Positions 5,020 to 12,159 of a stretch of 18,688 bases of DNA are shown here, one piece after another. Position numbers and translations under genes: made by a program. The notes under the pieces were generated by a model. That model ran no database searches and was not told where the DNA came from. It was given only the letters and a program-made list of their open reading frames with translations. This DNA is from a virus: positions 1 through 18,688 of IMG/VR virus record IMGVR_UViG_3300045988_169134, one strand, 5' to 3'. Numbering within the stretch: position 1 is the first letter of the stretch; the number at the start of each line of letters is the position of its first letter.

Positions 5020-6379
5020 TGAGGTACCTCTTGACGCACCACCCGATTCCCCGCGTGTCCCTGATGAATTTCGACAACGAGTTTTTGTGCGGCCCGGGCA
5101 CTTCGCCGTGGAGCCCGCCGCCATGGCCCCATGTGAGGTCGCCGCCGGCGTACATTTCGACGTGGTCGACGCCGACGCGCCCGGATCCCCAGTCGTAGAA
5201 AACGAGGTCGCCGGGTTTCATGAGCGCCAGTTGTTGTGCGTTGATGCTTTTCGCGGTGTTCCAGTTGATGACGAAGCTGCCGTGGCCGTTGGCGCTCTGC
5301 GCGACGGTGTTGCCGCCGATGTCGATGCCGCAGACGTCGAGGTAGGCCCGCCGGCAGGTCGATGAGCAGTCGCCTACGCCGGACCGGTCAGGGTCGAGCC
5401 GGCCGGCGCCGTTCGAGTAGCGGAACTTGTTTTCCCGCGAAGCCATCCACCACACGAGTTTCTGGCGAGTCTCCGAGGTACCGGGCGCGAGCTGGCCGCC
5501 GCCGCCGCCAGTGCCGGGGCCGCCGTTCTGCCCGCCCGGCGTCGTGTCGGTCGGCGGCGGAGTGCCGGCGCCACCCGGGCCTGCGACGTACTGCCCCTGG
5601 CCATTCGGCGCGCATTGGACGATTTTGCCGTCGGCCATGTGCGCGATGGCGACGTTGCCGACGGCCTCTATCCTAGAGAGCGCCCCGGCAGTGGATCCTT
5701 GCTGCTGAGGGGCGTTAGTGCTGCCGCCGGGGTTGCCGCCGGAGCCGTCGCCCTGCGTCGGACCCGAGGGTGCGGGGGCGCCGGGCTCGACGCCGTCGAC
5801 CCCCGACGAGTCCATGTTTTTGATGATGGCGTATGCCGTATTGTAGCGATTACGGTATTTGCCGAGGACGGGCTCGGACAGGAGCGCCGCATGCCAGCGG
5901 TCGAGGTCGGCGCCGCCGATTTGGTTCGCTACCCGCAGGGCGCGCCTCGGGGACTGGTGATAGGCGACGAAAAACATGATCATCGACTGCGTATGCCGGT
6001 CCTTGTCGATGCCGCACCGGCTCGCCACCTGCACGTAGGCCTCTAGATCCTCCGCCATTTGCTTTTGCTGCACTCTGTAGGCGGCGCGGAGGACAGGCTT
6101 GACCTGGCCGTCCCAATAGTTGGGCAGGTAGTATGTGGCCCAGTTAATACTATTGGCGTTGACGAGCGACTGCAGCTGCGCCGGAAGCTTGGCGAACTCG
6201 TTGGGCATTTCCTGCTTGATGCGGTTGAGTAGCCCGTAGGCGCGGGGGCCGAACCATTGGCCGATCCCTATCGTGATCGGGTCCACGTGGTAGATGCCGT
6301 CGTAGCGCATGCCAGACTCCACTGTGCCGATCGCCTTGATGGCGACAGCCTTGGCTTTAGCATCCCACGCCACGAGCAC
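5012..6379 (-). CDS. Tail-associated peptidoglycan hydrolase (gp13-like), 455 aa
   Basis: The N-terminal domain carries GTVESGMRYDG, which resembles the lytic transglycosylase/lysozyme-like E-S motif. Two Gly/Pro-rich linkers follow. The C-terminal domain carries GVGDCSS...VDHVEMYAGG (NlpC/P60). The start is GTG 6379 or GTG 6373, after GGAGG. Its position, directly upstream of the packaging ATPase in the late gene block, loosely matches phi29 gene 13. Confidence 0.8.
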   Translation of the reverse strand: MLVAWDAKAKAVAIKAIGTVESGMRYDGIYHVDPITIGIGQWFGPRAYGLLNRIKQEMPNEFAKLPAQLQSLVNANSINWATYYLPNYWDGQVKPVLRAAYRVQQKQMAEDLEAYVQVASRCGIDKDRHTQSMIMFFVAYHQSPRRALRVANQIGGADLDRWHAALLSEPVLGKYRNRYNTAYAIIKNMDSSGVDGVEPGAPAPSGPTQGDGSGGNPGGSTNAPQQQGSTAGALSRIEAVGNVAIAHMADGKIVQCAPNGQGQYVAGPGGAGTPPPTDTTPGGQNGGPGTGGGGGQLAPGTSETRQKLVWWMASRENKFRYSNGAGRLDPDRSGVGDCSSTCRRAYLDVCGIDIGGNTVAQSANGHGSFVINWNTAKSINAQQLALMKPGDLVFYDWGSGRVGVDHVEMYAGGDLTWGHGGGLHGEVPGPHKNSLSKFIRDTRGIGWCVKRYLND

Positions 6380-6383
6380 CTCC

Positions 6384-6397
6384 GTTTCACGTGGAAC
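6384..6397. repeat. Palindrome copy 2, GTTTCACGTGGAAC (1 mismatch)
   Basis: Read directly from the sequence. It lies in the intergenic region, abuts hairpin 6397..6431, and ends at the SD of the tail lysin gene on the minus strand (GTTCCACGTGAAAC-GGAGG). Confidence 0.85.
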
Positions 6398-6431
6398 CGC
6401 CGCCCACGGATTTCAGGTCCGTGAGCGGCGG
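6397..6431 (-). terminator. GC-rich hairpin between fibre gene and tail lysin gene (terminator/attenuator or processing site)
   Basis: CCGCCGCCCACGGA (6397..6410) pairs with TCCGTGAGCGGCGG (6418..6431) at 13 of 14 positions, with a 7-nt loop. There is no clear U-tract on the minus strand. Confidence 0.45.
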
Positions 6432-6454
6432 AGTTCATAAAACAACAACGTGCT

Positions 6455-7684
6455 TTACAGTGTACTCCATGTCGCGCTGATGTTCAAGTTGCCGCTCCAC
6501 CCCTTCCAGGTTTGTAGGTGCTGGTTGGGGTGGATCTGGAACGGGATGTCTTCGGTGCCGGAAGCGCCACCGCGAGCGCTTCCGTTGACGGTGGCGCGGG
6601 GAGCTGCCCATTCGGGGATCATGCCGAGGTCGGCGCCGGTCGCGATCGACTGGCCGGTGATGATCCCGGAGAGCGAGACGAGGCCGCCGGACAGGCGCAG
6701 CGTCAGGGGCGTATCGCTGTGGGAGGCGCCGCCGGACAGGCCGATCCTGTAGTTTTGCGACACGGGGATCGGCTCGTTGCCGTATTGGAGGTAGTTGCCG
6801 GCGAGTGTTGCGAAACGGATGTCGCCGGTAGAGTTGAGGTGGATTTGACCCTCAGTGAAATATTTCGCGTAGCCGAGGCACCAGTATTCGGTGCCGACGT
6901 ATTCGGCGCCGTAATTGCCGCAGACCTCCTGCATCGCCGACAGGCAATTTGCGAGGCCGTTCTTCGATTTCGTGAGGATGTGGAGGTTGCTCCACGCCCA
7001 GACGGCGCTGAAAACGACGATTCTGGCGTTTTTGAATGCTCTTTTGGCGTCGGAGATGCAGGTAACCAGACCGTTGTAGATGTCAATCTCCTGCATCGCA
7101 TCGTTGCCACAGTCGGCGATAATGACGTATTTGACGTTATCGTTCGAGAAGCTGCCGTCGGCGATGGCGCGGTTCATCTGTACCTGAAAGTTGTCGGCGC
7201 CCTGTGCTATTCCTGTGCCACCTTTGGCAAAATTCTTCTCCGTAATGCCCATCGCTCTACACATGAGCGTCGGCCACTTGCCTTCGACAACGTTGGAGGT
7301 GCCGACGATGACGGCGCACAGCTCGGGCGCGGCTGCGTTTTTCAGTATATATCTACTATCAGACTCCTCCTTCGTGTAGCGATTGGCCACCTTTAGCCCG
7401 AGGTCGTCGTAGGCGGATTTCACCTGGCGGGTCGTCTCAGCTTTGGCGCGGCCTTCGGCGTCGGCGATTTTCTGATCGATCTGTTCGACGACCTTGTGGT
7501 CGCCGGCGACAGTGTCCTCCGCCTTTTTGATGCGGATTTCCATCGAATTAAATTTCGTGGTATCCTCGGCCGCCCTCAGGTCGATTTTGCGCATGTCGCC
7601 GTTATAATCGCCGCGCCAGGTAGGTTTATCGTTGTCGAGGAACTGTGACAACCCGAGAGCCTCAGTCTTGTCGGTAGAGCTCAT
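6455..7684 (-). CDS. Tail fibre/appendage protein with central SGNH/GDSL-like esterase domain, 409 aa
   Basis: ATG 7684 overlaps the TGA of the upstream gene; the track's TTG at 7687 is an alternative start. The N-terminus (ALGLSQFLDNDKPTWRGDYNGDMRKIDL) plus a coiled coil is typical of phage fibres. SGNH-like blocks are VIVGTSN, KGGTG, ADCGNDA and GQIHLNSTG. The C-terminal region is rich in Gly and Ser. Confidence 0.7.
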   Translation of the reverse strand: MSSTDKTEALGLSQFLDNDKPTWRGDYNGDMRKIDLRAAEDTTKFNSMEIRIKKAEDTVAGDHKVVEQIDQKIADAEGRAKAETTRQVKSAYDDLGLKVANRYTKEESDSRYILKNAAAPELCAVIVGTSNVVEGKWPTLMCRAMGITEKNFAKGGTGIAQGADNFQVQMNRAIADGSFSNDNVKYVIIADCGNDAMQEIDIYNGLVTCISDAKRAFKNARIVVFSAVWAWSNLHILTKSKNGLANCLSAMQEVCGNYGAEYVGTEYWCLGYAKYFTEGQIHLNSTGDIRFATLAGNYLQYGNEPIPVSQNYRIGLSGGASHSDTPLTLRLSGGLVSLSGIITGQSIATGADLGMIPEWAAPRATVNGSARGGASGTEDIPFQIHPNQHLQTWKGWSGNLNISATWSTL

Positions 7685-8187
7685 CAAATATCCTTTCGTA
7701 CTGCGTGAGGCGTCGTGGCCTCCGGGTCAAGGTCCCAGCCGCGAGCCTTCCAGCCGATCTCGTCAAGCTGCTTGGCGGTGGCACCTATACTGTCGGCCTC
7801 GATAGCGAAACGCGCCGCCGTGCGCAAGTTGCTGTACATGCTGGCGAGCGCCTCAGAGAGCGTCTTGGTGGTGATGCCGTCGACAGGGTCGGTGACGAAG
7901 ACTTTCTCGCCACCGCGGGCGGCGAGCTTCCTGTAGAGCTCGTCGATAGCGTACTGTATTTTACGATCAGTTTCGGCGCGCAGCTGCGCGACCGTCTTGT
8001 TAACGTTGGATTCGAGCTCGTTGCATATTTTTATGCATTTGTTGATGGCGTCGACCAGATTTTGACAGTTCCTAGCGACACGCTCGAGTTTTTCGACGTA
8101 GGTGATACCGTCGCGGAATGTGAACGGCGTCACATTCGTCAGCGGCGTATCCTGGATTGTGAAAAACGGCACATTTTCTACCGGCAT
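7684..8187 (-). CDS. Putative tail/neck structural protein, 167 aa
   Basis: ATG 8187 is preceded by GGGAGGT. It lies between the lower collar and fibre genes and has a central coiled-coil-like segment. No domain recognised; the call rests on synteny only. Confidence 0.55.
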   Translation of the reverse strand: MPVENVPFFTIQDTPLTNVTPFTFRDGITYVEKLERVARNCQNLVDAINKCIKICNELESNVNKTVAQLRAETDRKIQYAIDELYRKLAARGGEKVFVTDPVDGITTKTLSEALASMYSNLRTAARFAIEADSIGATAKQLDEIGWKARGWDLDPEATTPHAVRKDI

Positions 8188-8190
8188 TTG

Positions 8191-8904
8191 TTACCTCCCC
8201 CACCAAGGATACCATAGACCGAAAGGGTATGTCGCATCCGACCCGACATGGGCGTCCCCGGACGAGGCGATTCCCATGAAAAGCGGCTCTAGCTCGGCGA
8301 CAACCATTTGGTCGACGTTGATCATCGCCTGGCGATACTCCATAACGAGCGCAGCGCCGGACGTCATCCTACCTCGCTGGCCTGACCTGGCGTGCGACTC
8401 CGCCATGTCCGAGTGAGAGGCGTCGGAGGTTGCCTTTTGGTCGTTTTTGCCGGCGGTGCGCCCCTCCGACGTCGTGCCGGTCGTCGCATAGTCCCCCTCT
8501 TTGTAGATGGGGCTGCCGGGGTAGGCGTGCTCGCGTCCGGCCGACGTCGACTCGCCGGACGACGTAGACTCGCTGGACGACGTAGATTTCTGATTGCCGC
8601 TGCCGGACTGACTGGCGTCGGTCCACGTCGTCATGTCCACCGCAGAGAGTGGGTCGTACTGCAGCCTAGTCGATTCGTAGAGTTGGTTGTAGTAGGGCAT
8701 GACGAGGCGCAGTTTCGCGGCGACCTGTTGCCGGAAAATGTCGATCGTCTCGAAACCTATCTCGCGGTAGCAGTAGACCTCGTACAGGGTTTGGTTGAGT
8801 TGCTTTCGATAGGCCTCATCGAAAATGGGGTAGGCTTCGACGCCCCAGTCGCCGCCGGTGACGTCGACGACGTCCCGGAGAAGCATGGTAAAATCGGCTG
8901 CCAT
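8191..8904 (-). CDS. Lower collar protein (phi29 gp11-like), 237 aa
   Basis: ATG 8904 overlaps the TAA of the connector gene. The N-terminal pattern YPIFDEAYRKQLNQTLYEVYCYREIGFETIDIFRQQVAAKLRLVMPYYNQLYEST matches my recollection of picovirus lower-collar proteins. The position after the connector matches phi29. Confidence 0.7.
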   Translation of the reverse strand: MAADFTMLLRDVVDVTGGDWGVEAYPIFDEAYRKQLNQTLYEVYCYREIGFETIDIFRQQVAAKLRLVMPYYNQLYESTRLQYDPLSAVDMTTWTDASQSGSGNQKSTSSSESTSSGESTSAGREHAYPGSPIYKEGDYATTGTTSEGRTAGKNDQKATSDASHSDMAESHARSGQRGRMTSGAALVMEYRQAMINVDQMVVAELEPLFMGIASSGDAHVGSDATYPFGLWYPWWGR

Positions 8905-9824
8905 TAGACCTCCATCTCGCTCGCGACGTCGAGGTTGCCGACGAACCCCTCGATCATGGCGTCGGTGAGCCGCCAGCTGACGGAGACGTCGAGCCCGTAT
9001 TTCCTGTTGATTTTCTCGCAGGCTTGCTCGCGCTGGGAAAGCGCCATGCCGCGGAACGCCATCGTTTGCCCATCCAGTGAGTTAGCCTCGTCTGCGACCA
9101 TGCGCTCTTTTTTGCCCGGGGGCGCTGCCTGGATACCCAACATCATCATCGCATCGTTCCAGATGGCTCTGCGTGCCGCCAAATTCTCGGTGACAACCTG
9201 AGGGTGGACCTGGTTGGGGATGGTGACAACTTTCTCGGCGATGGACTCGCCGCCGTTGGTTTTGATCGTATAGATGACCGGCTGCCCCTCTACGAGCTGG
9301 CGCTGAAAATTCTGGGCCGTCAACATCTCGGACGGCTCCACAGCCAATATGAGTGGATTTCGCGTATTGGCAAGGTTGATGTCGATCGTACGATCAATTT
9401 CCGACAGTCGCGCCGCGTAGGCGGTCACGACATCGTTATCCGGCTCATGCATATCATTAGCCCAGATAGGTACGCAGTCACGAGATTTGACGTGTCGGTT
9501 GATCTTACTATTGGCGTTGAGATAGTAGGAGAGCGGCCGATTGTAGATGTCGCGGTCGCCGCTCGGAGTGCCCGCCAGCGCCGTGAAAATCCGGAAATGC
9601 GGGTCGAGAGAGAAAACCACGAGCCCATTCTTGTGGAGGGTCATCTCCACATACCGCTCGTCGACAGTATCCGGCAGCCCCTCCCATTTGAATCTTGCCA
9701 TGGCGAGCATCCGAAGCGTCCGCCAGTAGATGTTGAAATTCATGCCCGTGCGGGCCATCGCTTCGTTTCTTTTGAAGCGTCCCCGCGCGGTCACCATATC
9801 GTAGACATCATCGGCACCTTTCAC
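8904..9824 (-). CDS. Head-tail connector / portal (phi29 gp10-like), 306 aa
   Basis: It aligns by eye with phi29 gp10: FKWEGLPDTV vs FEWENLPPTI, GDRDIYNRP vs GQRDVYNQA, KKERMVADEANSLDGQ vs KKERMVTDEVSSNDEQ, REQACEKINRKYGLDVSVSWR vs [21 protein letters not shown]. Its length is near gp10's. The GTG start at 9824 overlaps the upstream TGA; ATG 9797 is an alternative. Confidence 0.9.
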   Translation of the reverse strand: MKGADDVYDMVTARGRFKRNEAMARTGMNFNIYWRTLRMLAMARFKWEGLPDTVDERYVEMTLHKNGLVVFSLDPHFRIFTALAGTPSGDRDIYNRPLSYYLNANSKINRHVKSRDCVPIWANDMHEPDNDVVTAYAARLSEIDRTIDINLANTRNPLILAVEPSEMLTAQNFQRQLVEGQPVIYTIKTNGGESIAEKVVTIPNQVHPQVVTENLAARRAIWNDAMMMLGIQAAPPGKKERMVADEANSLDGQTMAFRGMALSQREQACEKINRKYGLDVSVSWRLTDAMIEGFVGNLDVASEMEV

Positions 9825-12049
9825 AGTTTCACCACCTCGTATGGGCCGTTTTCGTAGATTTTCATGGTCGGTATCTCCTCGGGGTCCCCCCAGACGGTCG
9901 TGCCCGACTCGAAAATGCCGCGAATCGTGTCAACGAACATCTGAGGACACCGCGGCGCCTCGATATGCACGTCCGCGAGCCTCCAGTACGTGAAATGCGT
10001 CATCAAATCGAGTCGGTAGGCGGCCATGTCGACGTAGCGGTTGCAGGCGTATCCGTATCTCGCGAAAAACTGCGCGACACGGTGGGCGGCGCCCGAGTTG
10101 AGACCGCGAATCCGCAGCCAGACCGCCCACCCGGACGTGGTCAGCATGAAAGCATCGCCACCAATCTGGCCCGACGTCGACGGCTGGGTGAGCTGCGTGT
10201 CCTGGACGCGCGCGTTGATGCCGGCGATCGCATTGGCATAGTCGCCCTTGGCGACCATGTCGGCGTAGGCCCTGTTCGTGTCGCGATTGTAGGCAGCGAG
10301 GTGGTTTTGGGCCTGGTTGATTTGGGATGCGAGCTGATTGGAGATGCCCGTGGAGGCCGCCGCCGTCGAGTTAGCGAGCTCGGTCTGCGCGTTCCTGGCG
10401 GTGGTGTTGATGTTGTTCGATGCCGCTGCGGTCGCGATCGAGGCGCCACCCCTCAGGGCGCCGCCGATGTTGCCGCTCAGGAGATTTCCGACGACGCCGA
10501 GGCCTGTGTTAGCCATGGAAAGTTTCGTCTGGTCCCATGCGGCGTCGTTGGTGATCGCCGTCGACTGGGACCTGGCAGCGTTCGACAAGTCCGTCTGGGC
10601 GGTGCGGGCCGCGTTGCCAAGGTTGGTGGTGGCCGTCGACGTCGCCATCGCCTGGCTCGCTTGGTCGTAGGCAAGTTGGTTGCCGGCAAGTGCTTTTTGC
10701 TGCCCCCACTCGGCGGACTGTCGAGAAAACGCGATCGAATGCGCCTGGTTGGCCAGGGCGGCGATCCCGGCGTTGTTGGTGATCGAGAATGTCGGAAAAT
10801 TGGTAAAATAGATGCTGCAGTCTAGATAGCTGCCGTCCAGCGCTCCCTTCTGCGCTGGGCCGTCCTTGAGATAATCCTTCACCCAGCAAACGACGCGGGG
10901 CGACGGTGGTGCGAAATGCCGCAGACAGGCGATCGTCGTGACGCCACCTTTCGGCAGGTACTCGGGGCGGAGCGTCATGGACTGCCCGGCGTAGTTGGTG
11001 AGCTCTATCCACACGAAAGGCGACGTGAAAAGCTTTGAATAGTTCTTCTGCCAGTCGGGGTATGCGAGGGCTCCTGCCATCGACAGCATGCCGTCGGGGA
11101 AAAATGTCTGCTGACGGCCCCACATGACGGCGCTGGCGTGCTGATCACCCTGCTTGCGTGCGCGGACGATTGCGACGTTATTGAGGTCCATCCCGGGAAT
11201 GAAGTGACTGTCGGGAAGCTCGCATTCGTGGCTGTAGACGACGTCGAGAAACGGATGTTGACCTCCGCTATCGCCCCATGGCATGATCTGGATCGATTGG
11301 ATCCCCTGCGCCACCCACGGGTAGAGGCTGCACGACAGCGCGAAGACCTCGAAAGCCGCGATACTGCGGAAAATAATAATATCAGCGCCGTTCGGCAGCC
11401 CCTCGAACCCAGAGCCCTTGGCGGTGTCGAGGTGAGGATTTTGTGTGTTGCCGGGGTTTCCCGTGAAATCGGTGCCGGCAATGACCATGACGCCACAATC
11501 CTGCAGGGTGGCGAGGTCATATCGCTCGGTCCACTGCACCATGTAGTCGGCGCCAAGGTCGAGACCCTCGGTCTCCCTGAGTACGTCGTGATTACGGCCG
11601 CGCCATGTGGCCGCCACCGGCAGATGTCCGCGCTCGACGTAGGCGGTGCGCAGCCGGACGTTCCAGCAATAGGTTGTCCATACATCGAGCTGCAGGGCGA
11701 GCTCGATCGTGTCGGGCGCTACCTGTACGATATCGTTGATGAAATAGTAGTAGACCCTGATGTCGTCGTCTTGTGAGTGGAGGTTAGAGAGTTTCGGGTC
11801 ACGCACGCGGATGTAGTTGAACTGCATCGCCTGCGGCCAGGGTATATCAAGTCGTACTGTTTGCTGTTGAGTGAGGGGGGTGAATTTATTGATTGTGAGC
11901 GACTTGCCGCCCTTGCGGCGCAGATAGGCGTCGATCTGCCTAAAATTCTGCCATTTGACAATGTTTCGGTATTGGGCGTCGTAGTCGACGCGGGCGAGGA
12001 GCACCTCGCTGCCGGGCCCCCAGCCTGCCCATTGCGGCATGATTGACAC
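9821..12049 (-). CDS. Tail knob / distal tube protein (phi29 gp9-like), 742 aa
   Basis: ATG 12049 is preceded by AGGAGGTG. The N-terminal and C-terminal segments align by eye with phi29 gp9, e.g. FFARYGYACNRY vs FFHKYGYKINRV and TIRGIFESGTTVW vs EIRTIFDNGITLW. A long Ala/Asn/Gln/Thr/Gly-rich insert occupies the position of the gp9 loop. Confidence 0.85.
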   Translation of the reverse strand: MSIMPQWAGWGPGSEVLLARVDYDAQYRNIVKWQNFRQIDAYLRRKGGKSLTINKFTPLTQQQTVRLDIPWPQAMQFNYIRVRDPKLSNLHSQDDDIRVYYYFINDIVQVAPDTIELALQLDVWTTYCWNVRLRTAYVERGHLPVAATWRGRNHDVLRETEGLDLGADYMVQWTERYDLATLQDCGVMVIAGTDFTGNPGNTQNPHLDTAKGSGFEGLPNGADIIIFRSIAAFEVFALSCSLYPWVAQGIQSIQIMPWGDSGGQHPFLDVVYSHECELPDSHFIPGMDLNNVAIVRARKQGDQHASAVMWGRQQTFFPDGMLSMAGALAYPDWQKNYSKLFTSPFVWIELTNYAGQSMTLRPEYLPKGGVTTIACLRHFAPPSPRVVCWVKDYLKDGPAQKGALDGSYLDCSIYFTNFPTFSITNNAGIAALANQAHSIAFSRQSAEWGQQKALAGNQLAYDQASQAMATSTATTNLGNAARTAQTDLSNAARSQSTAITNDAAWDQTKLSMANTGLGVVGNLLSGNIGGALRGGASIATAAASNNINTTARNAQTELANSTAAASTGISNQLASQINQAQNHLAAYNRDTNRAYADMVAKGDYANAIAGINARVQDTQLTQPSTSGQIGGDAFMLTTSGWAVWLRIRGLNSGAAHRVAQFFARYGYACNRYVDMAAYRLDLMTHFTYWRLADVHIEAPRCPQMFVDTIRGIFESGTTVWGDPEEIPTMKIYENGPYEVVKL

Positions 12050-12060
12050 CTCCTATAGGA

Positions 12061-12095
12061 ACGGCCCCGGGGCGGATCGAAAACCCCGGGGCCGT
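12061..12095 (-). terminator. Strong hairpin downstream of capsid gene (partial terminator/transcript stabiliser)
   Basis: ACGGCCCCGGGG (12061..12072) pairs perfectly with CCCCGGGGCCGT (12084..12095), with an 11-nt loop. It lies about 65 nt after the capsid stop and 11 nt before the SD of the tail knob gene. There is no U-tract after the stem. Confidence 0.5.
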
Positions 12096-12159
12096 CGGCG
12101 AGAACTCGCTCCAGCACCGGTTGCTCAGGCCGGCGCCTCACTCCGCACTGTCGCCACTT

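Noticed and set aside
11456-11469. Additional weak matches to the palindrome: GTTTCCCGTGAAAT (2 mismatches); half-sites CGTGAAA/TTTCAC at about 853, 1525, 1714, 9590, 9819-9832 (two direct TTTCAC), 9988 and 11026; and GGGAAACGG at the genome terminus.
   Set aside because: The half-sites look more frequent than I would expect, but I cannot compute enrichment by eye and 6-8-mers can recur by chance. Only the four 13-14/14 matches are reported as solid.
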